Below are positions 39,976-53,840 of a DNA stretch of 64,000 bases, one piece after another. The position numbers and the translations under genes were made by a program. A model generated the notes under the pieces. It saw only the letters and a list, made by a program, of their open reading frames with translations, was not told the origin of the DNA and searched no databases. Positions within the stretch are counted from its first letter, which is position 1. The number at the start of each line of letters is the position of its first letter. The stretch is from Eledone cirrhosa (lineage: Eukaryota), in assembly GCA_964016885.1 (NCBI GenBank), contig OZ024750.1:496001-560000 (forward strand). Direction: 5' to 3'.

Positions 39976-42079
39976 TCTGGTGCACTACAACTCTATACTT
40001 CTAGAATGTTCCAATACTTTCAGAGGTTTTATATAAGATATATAAAACATATCCTAAATAAAACTCATACTTGTGAGCTGTTTGTCAAGAATATATATCC
40101 CCTCAATATAAATGGGAATAATGCAAGATAAAACACTGAAATAGTTTGATAAAGAACGGTAAAAAAAACATGGAATGTTCAGAAAAAACATCATGTTGGA
40201 TTTTTTTTTTGGGGGGGGGGGGGGGTCACGATCTGAAAGGGAGAAAAATTGTGGATTAAAAACATTAAAAAAAAAAATCTTTGAATATTTCAAAACCTGC
40301 ACTAATGGATTCTTTTATTGTCCCAGCTTCCTCCAAGTACAGTCACTATTTTACTCTTTCATTCCCTTTCTTTTATCTTTATTATTTTTTTTGGTAATAT
40401 TTTTTTTACTTTTTACTTCTTTTATTAGCCATCTCTTTCTAATACATTTTTATGCAAACATTTAATTTAGAAATATTAACCTGTATAATCTTGATGCTGT
40501 TGTCAAGTTTTGCGGTTATATTCAACATCTGTTTTTGCATTCTTTCATGGCTTGCTGGATTTGTAATTTACCATCTCTCCATGCATTCACTTTCATTTGC
40601 ATCAACATTTCATTTGTGAAATTCAACATTCTCAGATCTGACAAATTTATTTTCTATGAAGCCTTCCTTTGTATAAATAATTATAGCACAGCTAATGTAT
40701 GTTATGTATGTATGTACCTGTAACAACCAGATGGAGTTATTGGGGTGTTGTTGCGACAATTTTGAGGCCACTTTAAACCTGGTGAAGCATATCTCCTCTC
40801 CAGGTTGGAACATGGCCAATTTCTTCCAGAGAAGGGGGTATTTTATTTATCAACCATGAAAAATATGAAAGACAAAGTTAACTTTGGTAGGATTTGAACT
40901 CAGAACATGGAGAACTGGAACGAATATTTCAAATCATTCTATCTGACGTTTGCCAGTTCCCTGTATACCACATCTAATATTTACTTCCAACTCAGAGTAA
41001 AGACTATCCATGGTGGAGTCTGTAAAGGACACATTAGATAATGTAATCCCAGATAAGATGTAGTAACTCTCTAGAATCAATATAATCCTGCTAGCTTCTT
41101 TTACAATATAATATCAGTGACATTGGAATGGTAAGATATGGGAGGGGTGGAAGGTAGTGCATTTACACTGTTACACTTCATTGCAACATGTGCACATGTG
41201 TATATACGTGTGTGTATGCGTGTGTGATATATGTGTGTGTGTATGTGTGTGTATGCATACTATTACATTTCAATGCAACACACATACATGCTTGTATTGC
41301 AGCACACATACACACCTGTATACCTACTATTACACTTCCTATATCTTAGATACTCACACATATTCATACGATCATATCAGCAGGTATACACACCCATACA
41401 GTTACTTATACACATATATACACATACAAACTTTATTTTATCATACTCATACACACAGTTACTTATACACATATACATACATATATACACATAGAAACTT
41501 TAGTTTATCACTCATACATACACATGCACACACTAATATACATATATACAATATTATATATTATATACACATATAATATACACATATACATATATACAAT
41601 ATTATACATACACACAATATTACATATCCACATATATAATATATACACATATACAATATTTTATACAATGTTTATACACTATATATACATGTAGAGTTAT
41701 ATACATGATGCATGCAAATAATACTTTTGCTAAGCAACTGCAACATTATCTGCAGAAGCTGCACAATGGAACTGGTAGTGATGGAACGGCATCACAATAT
41801 TCAGCAGATATGCATGTTTCACGTAAGATTATTATCAGGGCTAATTAAAAAACATTAGAATATAGATTGTGTTTTTATGTTTTGTTCCATACTGGCATGG
41901 GTTGGACGGGAAGATTTGGGGCAATGTTTTACAACTGGATTCAGTCGATTTTATGACACAGAGATATATATAGGGAAAGAGTCAGAACCACGACGAGCTC
42001 AAGCTATTTCAACAGCTATTTCTGGACTGGTACTCTGGTGCATTAAGGTCCACCTGGTTCTTTACCACACTTCATTATA

Positions 42080-42742
42080 TCATCATCATCATCATCATCG
42101 TTTAACGTCCATCTTCCACGCTTGCATGGGTTTGGAAGGGAGTTTTCCCACTTGAGGCAAGAGTGGTTGTCTTGCTTGCATAGGACTGTCTGGCGGGTTT
42201 TCTACGGCTGGATGCCCTTCCTAACACCAACCACGTTTACAGTGTGGACTGGGAGGTTTTTACCGTGTTACCTACACGGCCACATTACAGCGTGGACTGT
42301 GTGTTTTTTTGTCGTGACACCTACACGACCTCATTTGTTTCGGCCTGGATGTTGTGGTACCAACATAACTTTACATTGAAAGAGGTGGTGTGGATGGGGT
42401 GGGGGTAGTGGAACGGGGGTGTATTTTTGTTAGAGGTGCCTACCTACTGTAGTAGGTTTCACTTTGTACTTAGGTAAGGCGGGTCTTCTGTGTAGCGCCA
42501 AAGATCTCGGTCCAGTGACATTGTCTTAGAGAGGTGTAAATGTGTGAGGTCGGAATTTATCAAGTCGTCCCAGGTTTTTCTGGGTCTGCCTACTCCGTGG
42601 CTACCGTCTATTTTTATTGCCCTGCACTTTTTATACAGCTGTCGTCTTTCATGCGCATCACGTGACCGTACCAACGTAGTCTTCTCTCGAGTAAACAACA
42701 TCTGATCCCTCTTATTTCTAATTTTTCCCTTAGTTCGTTTAT
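42080..42742 (-). mobile_element. RTE LINE 3' fragment (same family as 29850-30995)
   Basis: KCRAIKIDGSHGVGRPRKTWDDLINSDLTHLHLSK; same 3' UTR and (gat)n tail. Confidence 0.9.
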
Positions 42743-42894
42743 GCATATATATATGGAATTAGAATTGGTGCTCTGAAATAGCGATGTATACATGAATGTA
42801 TGTATAGTATATTTGGCAATATACAGTATGTTTAATTAAAAACATTTAGAAGACCTTGCGCTATCAGTTTTAAAGTAGTGACTATGTCACTTAT

Positions 42895-42983
42895 TTTCGG
42901 CGAAAGAAGGGAGAGAAGCTGACAGTCTGTTTCACGCTGGTTGGTGTTCATCAGAGCCGCGCACTCCCCTGCTTCCGCCGAAA
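42895..42983 (-). ncRNA. Type I hammerhead ribozyme with long extended stem I
   Basis: Minus strand: tttcggcggaag-c-aggggag-tgcgc-ggct CTGATGA acac-caacca-gcgt GAAA cagactg TC agct-tct-ctccctt-ctttcgccgaaa. G.U pairs favour the minus strand. Confidence 0.75.
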
Positions 42984-43195
42984 GTTATAGAAGCTGGATT
43001 CTTATAGAATTCCAGTAATAATCAGGAGCTGATTATACAGAGCAATTGCTGGTCCAACACAAATTAGGTATTAGGATTGGTGCTCCGAAATAGGACTAGA
43101 ACTGTAGAAGCCATTTCTATATTAAAAATGTATACTCTGCTATGTATTGAGTACCTTACTTACTGTGGTTACCCCCGATTGAACCCGGGATACAC

Positions 43196-43229
<34 letters not shown>

Positions 43230-44087
43230 TTATACATATATATCCATAAAGAGGGAGGGAAAAAGAGGTGAGGAGATGAAAACTAATTGATTTTGTTTCA
43301 CTTGAAACCATCTGTGCATTACTGCCTACCAAAACCAATAAATCCTTTAGATTAGTAGAACCAATACAACACTTTCCCATTAATAAACAGCAATGAATTC
43401 ATAGACTTACCAGATATTCATCACACAACATAACTTTCATGATAATAGTAATTAGTAAGACTTTCATGGTAAATTATACTTCCAACAAAGACAATCTTTT
43501 CCTCAGCAAAATATTTTCCTATAATATAATATACATATATATCGGTGTGTGTGTGTATACATACATACATACACATATATACATACATACACACATATAT
43601 ATATATATATACACACATACATACACACATATATATATACACACATGCATATATATACATTCATACGCACATATATATATATATAAAAATACACATATGT
43701 ATATATGTGTGTGTGTGTGTGTGTGTCTGTGTGTGTGTATTTGGGTGTGTCTGTGCAGGATATCCATAAATAAAAGTGAAGGAAAGCAATGCTCAATCTA
43801 ATGCAAGAGAGTTTATTTAGTATAAATAAAGTTTCATACATTTAACTTATACTCTCAGGTCCCAAATAAAGGAGGTGGGTGGAATAAACAGGGGGGTTGG
43901 GAAATCTGTAATTGTATAGTGTACAGTCGTAACTTCTTGTAATGTTCTTTTTTTTTTCATACATAATATTTTTTAATGTAAATAAAATTATTAGATTCTC
44001 CAGCTGGTAGCCATGACACAGGTGCAAACTAAAGTTGCTGAACAAATCAGAGTTGAGGTAAATTTACATTTTAAAGAATTGCTATAG

Positions 44088-44355
44088 TGGAGGCATGTGG
44101 CTACCTAGTGGTAAGGTGTTGGACCTACAATCATAATGTTCCTGGATTGTGTGTTGTGTTCTGGAGCAAAACACTTCATTTCATGTTGCTCCAATATACT
44201 CAGCTGAAAGTGAGTACCAGTAATAGCTGGAGGTTTAACCCTGTAATGGACTGGTGTCCTCTCCAGGGGAAGTTTTGTACTCTCAGTCACTTCATGTCCC
44301 AGAAACCACGATAAGCACCGGCCTGATGAGCCTCCAGAGTTGAGACAGACTTTAG
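44088..44355 (+). mobile_element. tRNA-SINE family B copy
   Basis: ggaggcatgtggctacctagtggtaagg...ctggagcaaaacacttcatttcatgttgctcc... Confidence 0.8.
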
Positions 44356-44921
44356 ACTTAGGATAAATGGAATGAAAAACATTGTTAATAGCTGTTATAG
44401 AGAGTATCAATGGAGAGGTAGACATCAGATTTCTATAAAATTTTGTTTCACTTTTGAATAAAACAGAATTTCCTGATGGCTTGTTTCATTGTTTCAATAA
44501 CCATTCTGATACCAGCCCATCTGAAACTGCCCCTGGTTTTATGATGCACAACTTGTGTCATAATGTTGCAGTGTATTTCTTCATTAAAAATCTGGCAAGA
44601 GAAGTGTTAACAACATACCTCCATCTTGCAAAGTAAGACTAGCTACAACATCTTTTCACATTCACAGAATGTGAACATAGAACAAATAATACAAAAATTC
44701 AAACAAAAACAAACAATAGTGATGAAAAATCTAATAAATCAAATGAAATAGAATTATGTTGATGCAGGTGTTGTATTTCATTTTCAGATTTGACTTTTGC
44801 AACTTCTTTAATTTTTTCTATTCTTGACATCGTTCTAAATGTCTACCAATAATAAATAGTGAATATGTGTGTATGTGCATGTGTATATACACACACACAC
44901 ACGTTTATGCGTGTGTGTATG

Positions 44922-44968
<47 letters not shown>

Positions 44969-45289
44969 ATACACATATGTTTATGTATATGTACACACAT
45001 CCTAATTTAACACACATTTTTCCATGCTGGCATTAGATATATACATATATATATATTATTTACTTTCTGGAGTTTTATAAAAGTACTTTTGTTTCGAATA
45101 TAATGAAATTTATATTGACAATAAAAGTCCAACTGTAAAAGTCAAGAAAGTAATTAGATTTAACCAGTCTTCTACTGTATGAGGCTGTGATTTAGTTGTC
45201 ATTAAGGTGTTGCATTAAAAACACCTTGCTATTGGTTCCAGCTTGGAGTTTGCCTCTCATCCAGGTTTAAAATTCTTAAGACAGGCAAT

Positions 45290-45724
45290 ATGTCGGGAGT
45301 TAGCCCCGGTCCATGTCAGGCGTTAGCCCCAGTTCATGTCAGGAGTTAGCCCCAGTTCATGTCAGGCGTTAGCCCCAGTTCATGTCAGGCGTTAGCCCCA
45401 GTTCATGTCAGGAGTTAGCCCCAGTTCATGTCAGGCGTTAGCCCCAGTTCATGTCAGGCGTTAGCCCCAGTTCATGTCAGGAGTTAGCCCCGGTCCATGT
45501 CAGGCGTTAGCCCCAGTTCATGTCAGGCGTTAGCCCCAGTTCATGTCAGGAGTTAGCCCCAGTTCATGTCAGGCGTTAGCCCCAGTTCATGTCAGGCGTT
45601 AGCCCCAGTTCATGTCAGGAGTTAGCCCCAGTTCATGTCAGGCGTTAGCCCCAGTTCATGTCAGGAGTTAGCCCCAGTTCATGTCAGGAGTTAGCCCCAG
45701 TTCATGTCAGGAGTTAGCCCCAGT
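45290..45724. repeat. 23-bp minisatellite (ggMgttagccccagttcatgtca)n, about 19 units
   Basis: Read directly from the sequence. Confidence 0.96.
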
Positions 45725-45889
45725 ACATTTCAAGAGTCAGACCCAGTAGAAGTCAGGAGTGAGACCCAGAATATGAGTGGTGTCTTATTAACTCTAAAAT
45801 GAAGAGTAGCAGAGTTGACCTCAGAGCAGAGAGAACCAGAATGAATACCACAAGGCATTCTTTTGAAGCATCTAATGACTCTGCCAATG

Positions 45890-46038
45890 ATTATCTCACA
45901 TAATATCGAATCTATGAGATTTTGATATTACTTATTTTGGGATAACAAAAGTATGAGCAGCCAGTTACAACCAGTTTGAACAGAAAGAGGTGAGGGAATT
46001 CTGGCCGGATATGGCCAGTTTAAATGCTAAAGGGTTAA
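45890..46038 (-). mobile_element. piggyBac-like MITE fragment
   Basis: Ends taaatgctaaaggg-ttaa. Confidence 0.75.
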
Positions 46039-46529
46039 ATGATGATAGAGTTTCATGGCTATTTTTATTTCAAGAAAATTTGGAACTATTTTCAAAGAAG
46101 TTACTTGCAGAAAATATAAAATAGTTTCCGATTGTATACAGTGTGTTGTGTCTATCTCTCTCAGTGTGTTGAAGATGAAATTTAGTTCAAGCTAGAGATA
46201 TATGAGGTAAACAGGATCCACATATTTTGTTGATAAACAAACAAAAAAGATGTCCAGCTGTGATTAGGAGTTCACTTTTACTTTCACGAATGAAACAAAA
46301 ATAAAACATTGCACATGTGTGTGTGTGTGTGTATGTAGATTCACACACACTATGTGTGTGTGTGTGTATATAGATTCACACACACACACACACATGCTTG
46401 CACAGACCTACACAGACACATATACATATAAGTTGTTACTGATAGCTATGAATAATTCTAAATCTTGGATTCATGTTGGCAACAAATCTCTGCAGATATA
46501 ATAGTACCTCAAAATAGAAAAGAATAATA

Positions 46530-47040
46530 TACAAGGTTTGTCCTAAAAGTAAGGGTACTGGTGTGTTATTTACATGTATATCAGACATACATGAAATTAC
46601 AAGTTTTCTCCTTCAAAATATCACCCTTGGGAAGTCATACAGTGGTTCTCACATTCTTCCATTTAATGTAGCAATACTGGAAGCCATTTTCTGTGAGTGT
46701 CCTTAGCTCATCAGTTACAATTTTTTGTATGTTTTTCACAGTCCCAAAATGATGACCCTTCAACTTTGATTTCAACTTAGGGAAAAGGTAGAAATCACAT
46801 GAAAGTAGATCTGGGCTATAGGGAGGATATGGAAGACTGGGAATGTCTTTCTTTGCCAGAAATTCTCTAATTGAAATACTGCATGAGCAAGTACGTTATC
46901 GTGGTGCTGTACCCAAACTCCTGTAATGTCCTTTCCAAACAACAGAAAGATGGACAGTCCCATCTCTTCAGTCAACCTTATGAAATCACTACAGTTTCGG
47001 TTCATTAAGGTTGATACCATTCATTCCAGTACACATTGGG
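46530..47040 (-). pseudogene. Mariner transposase 3' fragment with terminal repeat
   Basis: HHDNVLAH then, after a frameshift, PYPPYSPDLLSCDFYLFPKLKSKLKGHHF (YSPDL motif); end tacaaggtttgtcctaaaagt. Confidence 0.85.
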
Positions 47041-47044
47041 ATAT

Positions 47045-47485
47045 GATATATATGGTAGTGAGACATAGGCAGCAACTGCAGAGGACATGCGACGGCTGGA
47101 GAGAAATGAAGCAAGTATGCTCCATTGGATATGCAATGCCAATGTGCGTGAACAACCAAGCATAGACGAGTTGAGAAAGAAACTGGGTATAAAAGGGATA
47201 AGTTGTGGCGTGCATGAGAGAAGGTTGAGATGGTATGGACATGTGATACGCATGGAGGATGTCCGGTGGGTAAAGAAGTGCCAAGAAATCCCAGTAGAAG
47301 GAAGATGCAGTAGAAGTAGACCACGAAAAACATGAGCGGAGGTGGTGAGAGCAGACCTCAGATCGCTGAAACTCACCGAGGGAGGAGATGCCGAAGGACT
47401 GTGACAAGTGGAGAGATGGTGTGCTGAATAGGACCCGTCCAACCCTTGCAAGCAGGGAAAAGTGGACGTAAAATGATGATGATGA

Positions 47486-47488
<3 letters not shown>
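47045..47488 (+). mobile_element. RTE LINE 3' fragment
   Basis: YGSET...RRLERNEASMLHWIC...RRLRWYGHVIRMED...RPRKT; (gat)n tail. Confidence 0.88.
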
Positions 47489-47524
<36 letters not shown>

Positions 47525-47882
47525 ATCATCATCATTATTTTATGTCCACTTTCCTTGTTAGGAAGAATTGGTTGGGTCTTCACAGACCAAGTCTGTACAA
47601 AAGTGGGGTTAGTGACCTCCCGGATAGGCTAGGAATTCACATCTCTCTTACATATAGTTTCATGTCCTACTAAGTACAGTTTATAATGATTCTAACACAA
47701 GAGAGGTAGTCATGTATTTAACACAACTACAGGGTCCACCCAACCCTTTTTGGCATAGTTTCTACAGCAGGGTGCCCTTTCTATCACTAATCACCCTACA
47801 CATATAATATTGTTTGCTGTCTTGATCATGATGTGTGTGCACAGAAAAATGTTTATTATCAACAAAAAGTATGTGTACTATA

Positions 47883-47913
<31 letters not shown>

Positions 47914-48779
47914 ATGTGTGTGTGTTTGCATGTGAGTGTATATGATATATGTGTGTGAGAGAGAGAATATGTGTGTGTATATGATATATATATGTGTGTG
48001 TGTGAGTGCATGTAAACGGGGAGAGAGAGAAAGAGAGATGATAGGTAGATAAATAGATATAGATGCAACCACAATAAATTGACTGCTTAAATCTTTCACT
48101 AAAAATAGCTCTGACCACTTAAAATAGCGTGCAGGTATCAATTTTATAAAGAAAAAAAAAGAAGAAAAAACAGATTAAATTTTATACTTTACTTATATTT
48201 TTATTCTCATAAAAATATCTATAAGGTTTGTTGTTTAGATATGAAGCAGATTTATTTTACTGAAAATAATCCACATTTCTACAAATATTCTTTATCAGAT
48301 TTTACTAAGTGTACTAAATGTGGGTTGTTTTTCATAAGAAGTTAAAAGGAAAGAAGTCAATTATATCAAGGATTCCACTGGTCTTTCCATTACTAAGCAT
48401 GTTTAACTCTACTTCGGTATTGAGTACTCATTCTCACATCCATCAGTATCACATACATATATATATATACACACACAAGCATATTCATATATGTTTCACT
48501 GAATGTGCACTGTAAATGGGAGAGAAATTGTCTATTATTTATATTGTTTTCACAAAATTTGAAGACAATAGAATTTGAGTCCAATAGAATGTTGGCTGTG
48601 TTGCTTCAACATAACACAGCACAAGTTCACAACCCTCAGCTCTCAAAGCTTATCATTACTTAATATGACTTCAGACTGCTACGTCATTTAGTGTATTCAC
48701 CAGATCTTGTTCTCTAAGACTTTCACTTCTTTCCTAATATAAAACAGAATTTGAAAGGCAGCTACAGTTAAGTAAAGGA

Positions 48780-50378
48780 CAGCTGTTGACTGAACCAGAC
48801 AAAGAGTTCTCTTTGACAAGAATTGAGCTGTGGTAGATAGGAATGGTAGATACAGCAGTTGACTGAACCAGACAAACAGTCTTTCAATAGAATTGAGCTG
48901 TGGTAGATAGGAACAGTAGATAAAGCAGTTGACTGAACCAGACAAACAGTCTTTCAATAGAATTGAGCTGTGGTAGATAGGAACAGTAGATAAAGCAGTT
49001 GACTGAACCAGACAAACAGTCTTTCAATAGAATTGAGCTGTGGTAGATAGGAATGGTAGATAAAGCAGTTGACTGAACCAGACAAACAGTCTTTCAATAG
49101 AATTGAGCTGTGGTAGATAGGAATGGTAGATAAAGCAGTTGACTGAACCAGACAAACAGTCTTTCAATAGAATTGAGCTGTGGTAGATAGGAATGGTAGA
49201 TAAAGCAGTTGACTGAACCAGACAAACAGTCTTTCAATAGAATTTGAGCTGTGGTAGATAGGAATGGTAGATAAAGCAGTTGACTGAACCAGACAAACAG
49301 TCTTTCAATAGAATTGAGCTGTGGTAGATAGGAATGGTAGATAAAGCAGTTGACTGAACCAGACAAACAGTCTTTCAATAGAATTGAGCTGTGGTAGATA
49401 AGAATGGTAGATAAAGCAGTTGACTGAACCAGACAAACAGTCTTTGAATAGAATTGAGCTGTGGTAGATAGGAATGGTAGATAAAGCAGTTGACTGAACC
49501 AGACAAACAGTCTTTCAATAGAATTGAGCTGTGGTAGATAAGAATGGTAGATAAAGCAGTTGACTGAACCAGACAAACAGTCTTTCAATAGAATTGAGCT
49601 GTGGTAGATAGGAATGGTAGATAAAGCAGTTGACTGAACCAGACAAACAGTCTTTCAATAGAATTGAGCTGTGGTAGATAAGAATGGTAGATAAAGCAGT
49701 TGACTGAACCAGACAAACAGTCTTTCAATAGAATTGAGCTGTGGTAGATAGGAATGGTAGATAAAGCAGTTGACTGAACCAGACAAACAGTCTTTCAATA
49801 GAATTGAGCTGTGGTAGATAGGAACAGTAGATAAAGCAGTTGACTGAACCAGACAAACAGTCTTTCAGTAGAATTGAGCTGTGGTAGATAGGAACAGTAG
49901 ATAAAGCAGTTGACTGAACCAGACAAACAGTCTTTCAATAGAATTGAGCTGTGGTAGATAGGAATGGTAGATACAGCAGTTGACTGAACCAGACAAACAG
50001 TCTTTCAATAGAATTGAGCTGTGGTAGATAGGAACAGTAGATAAAGCAGTTGACTGAACCAGACAAACAGTCTTTCAATAGAATTGAGCTGTGGTAGATA
50101 GGAATGGTAGATAAAGCAGTTGACTGAACCAGACAAACAGTCTTTCAATAGAATTGAGCTGTGGTAGATAGGAACAGTAGATAAAGCAGTTGACTGAACC
50201 AGACAAACAGTCTTTCAATAGAATTGAGCTGTGGTAGATAGGAACAGTAGATAAAGCAGTTGACTGAACCAGACAAACAGTCTTTCAATAGAATTGAGCT
50301 GTGGTAGATAGGAATGGTAGATAAAGCAGTTGACTGAACCAGACAAACAGTCTTTCAATAGAATTGAGCTGTGGTAGA
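48780..50378. repeat. 70-bp homogeneous satellite array, about 23 units
   Basis: gactgaacca recurs at 48861, 48931, 49001, 49071 and 49141. Confidence 0.97.
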
Positions 50379-50703
50379 AACCAAGAGTAGTTTGGAGTTA
50401 ATAACAGCTTGGTCAAGCAATAAAAGAGATAATCAAATCAATATAGTTTTTGCCTGTTGTCATGTCATGTTGAACTTAAAACTTTTAGGACACCCTTCAG
50501 ATGTATGGCTTAGGAGCTCGTCAGTTCAAATCCCAGATTGGGTGTTGCATTGTGTTCTTGAGCAACACGCTTCATTTCAAGTTTTTGCCATGCTAGAACT
50601 GAAGCCCCATCATGAAAAGAAACTTCCTATACGATACAACTTTGTAGGAGGCCAGCTAAACCTGCAAAGGTGAGCGTTGTAAATTTCATTCCTTTTTTTT
50701 TGT

Positions 50704-50759
<56 letters not shown>

Positions 50760-51081
50760 CATCATCATTATCCTTGTTTAACCTCAGCTTTCCCTGCTAG
50801 CAACAACTGGATGGGTCTTTATAGACCATATCAGAAGTGAAGCCCCTAACCTCCCAGACAGGTATCTTCCTTATGTACATAATGTGTATACACACACACA
50901 CAAACATAAACCTCACACACGTTTGTATGTGAGGTTTATGTGAAGTTTATGTCTGGTATACTTGTTCAATCAATATCCACAGGAAAGTATGAATTGTGTG
51001 ACTTAAGTGCTTTGTTGTTTTGTAACTATACACTTAGAAACCATGTCACTGGTGTAGACTTAATTGTATATGCCAACTAGC

Positions 51082-51351
51082 CTATATATATATGTGTGTG
51101 TGTGTATAATCACTATATATATATATAGTGTCCCCCAAAATATATACACCTTCAACAGCACAGCATTCTAATCAAAGTGTGTATACATTTTGGGAGGACT
51201 AGATCCCGTTAAAGCTATATATATGTGTGTGTGTGTATAATCACTATATATATATATATAGTGTCCCCCAAAATATATACACCTTCAACAGCACAGCATT
51301 CTAATCAAAGTGTGTATACATTTTGGGAGGACTAGATCCCGTTAAAGCTAT
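51082..51351. repeat. About 134-bp tandem duplication containing a Tc1-like mini-MITE
   Basis: Two near-identical copies differing only in (TA)n lengths. Confidence 0.85.
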
Positions 51352-51381
51352 TCTTTGCTTAAACTTTAATCTGTTATTTTA

Positions 51382-51533
<152 letters not shown>

Positions 51534-52648
51534 TGTGTAAATATTCTTCTGGGTGTGTGTGTGTTCAGCAACTGAGAAATATTAATTTTCAATAATTATC
51601 AGATAATCAAAATAGTGTTACAGAGTTATCGGCCTTGAGCTTAATGAGCAGGTAAAATGACATTTTCTGGATTGTATAAGGAATAGTTTCAAAGTGTCAC
51701 GATGATGATGGTGGTGGTGGTTATGATGATGATGTATATGATACCATATTTTTAATAAATTATTTTGGTTAATAAAAGAAAATAGCGATATGTATTAATA
51801 AAGAACTAAAATTTCCAATTTGTTTTGTTTAGTTTTTTTTTTTAATCCTGAAATGGGCAAAACTTTTTTTCCACTAGTTATTTGTAGAATACTCCAAATC
51901 TTGGAACCCTGTTTGGAACCCATTTTGTTACTCTAAGAAATGGCTATTTGTAAATCGTAGAGACTTAAAACGAATTCCAGGAGTTTATTTTTAAAAAAAG
52001 AAATTTTTTTCATCTAAGAACTGAACCTTATATAGATGAAACCTTATATAGATAAAACATGTTTTTCTTTGTTTTTTTTTGGTAACTCAACCAATAGTGT
52101 AAAAGACAACAGGTGATTGAACAGGTATTAGAAGACCAGAAACAATTCTAGATGTCAAAACAGAAAGAACATAAAAGATTGAAGAAAACAAGGAGATGCA
52201 CTGAAAATTTAAGAACGGTCAATAATTGATTTAAAGAACTGATATTATTAGTTGTAATATATTTATCTCGCACAAAACTAATGAAGAAATCCTAAGATTA
52301 TGGCTGAAAACAAAAAATATGGATTACAATATAATTCTAAAATTGTATACGTAATTTTATCCTAAAAGGTATGTGCAGATAATATATATGAAGAGTTAAT
52401 ATATTTATATAAGACTTTCATAGAAAATATGCAAACTATAATTTATCCATTATGGGTGGAACATATTTTGGGAATAATGCAAAATATTTACTGAATATAG
52501 CATTGGGTCTTTTAAGACTTTGAAACAAGACAGAATATGTTTTAAATTGAAAGAGAAATGTTTTGCTAAAAATATCATAGGAATGTAGAAATATTGTAAA
52601 AGTTCGATTTTATGAGTGAAATACAATATTAATAAGTTAAATTCTTAC

Positions 52649-53840
52649 CATATATATTCCTGTCCACATCTTTGCTTTCATTTACAGGTATATTTCGTCC
52701 AGAATTCCATTTGGACGATGAGTAACGATTTGTATTCTGAGATTCTACAGTAGCTGAGGGTACCTGTTTCATGCGCTGTTTTTGCCATATTTTTAATTCG
52801 TTGAGAATATTGGTTTTGCTTTGGTCTCTTGGTGGCACTTGGGGTGGAGACAAAGAACGTTGGTGTGCATTAGATGCAGGTGTCGGTAAAGATGCCCGAT
52901 CAAGTACAAAAGGCTCTTGTGCTTCAATATTATATTGAAGGTATGTATGGCTCACCTGTCGTGATTGAAGGGGTGGCCTATCGGTAGATCTTGTAAGACA
53001 AGGTAAATGTTGGTTGTTAGAATATTTATCATTAGATACAGAATTGTTTCCTAATCCAGTTCCAACAGAATGAAGGTTGTTATGGTGTCGGCCAGTATCA
53101 TGGTTACTATTAACCGGGATATTGTAATGTGTATTGTTTGGATTGTAATGACTAACTGATGAGTGATGTGCATGACCACCGTTATGGGCAGAAATATTGC
53201 TAGTAGCACTTGCCACACTGTTCTGATGGCCTAACGTAGTGTGCTGACTGCCATGTCGGCCAGTTACGGTCGCTATACCAGTTGCTGGAGTTAAGCTGCT
53301 GTTTAAGACATCCGCCGTAGTGTTGTTGAGATGCCGATTGAAAAACTGACCATTTGTGTTTGGCGAAGGATTTGCTGTACGGCCGTACGGTTCTTGTGAC
53401 CCAGTGAAGTTGATAGGTTTTTCATCAATATAATGGTTTGATTTGTTTTCCTTACCCAAGAAAACCTCATCCTGATCTAATTGCTCAACATCAGAGCTGT
53501 TATGAGAATCATTTATTCTATTTCGCCACAGAACAAGTTTAAGACCGGCTACAAATCTATCAAAATTCAAATAACCGTTCGGAGGTGTGACATTTCTGAG
53601 AGCATCTACAACACCAGGCGGAAGGCCTTTAACACCGTCTTCCTTCCATCGGCTTTCGATATCCAATAATCGAACATAACCACTGTGGTTCTCATCAAGA
53701 ATATCGAAAAGAATTCTCAAAGAAGACACAAACTGTTTGGGAAGATCATCAGTGGTGTTACTATTTTTAAGGCTACATAAAGAAGTATTGCTGTTAATCG
53801 ATTGTTGTTGTTGTTGGTAAGAAGTGAGGATATGAGACAT
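52649..53840 (-). CDS. SAPCD2: SAPCD2-like exon 1 (397 aa + 1 nt): N-terminal EF-hand-like SAPCD2 domain and long N/H/S-rich linker
   Basis: ATG at 53840 in context aaagccATG; LPKQFVSSLRILFDILDENHSGYVRLLDIESRW...GYLNFDRFVAGLKLVL matches the SAPCD2 N-terminus; donor G|gtaaga at 52648. Confidence 0.93.

Noticed and set aside
44315-44350. CTGATGA in the SINE B tail (also at 10352 and 62619)
   Set aside because: No GAAA, stem III or NUH arrangement follows, so these are not hammerheads.
50903-50941. Small hairpin acataaacctcaca...tgtgaggtttatgt
   Set aside because: Short, within CA/TG low-complexity sequence, with no second copy or motif.
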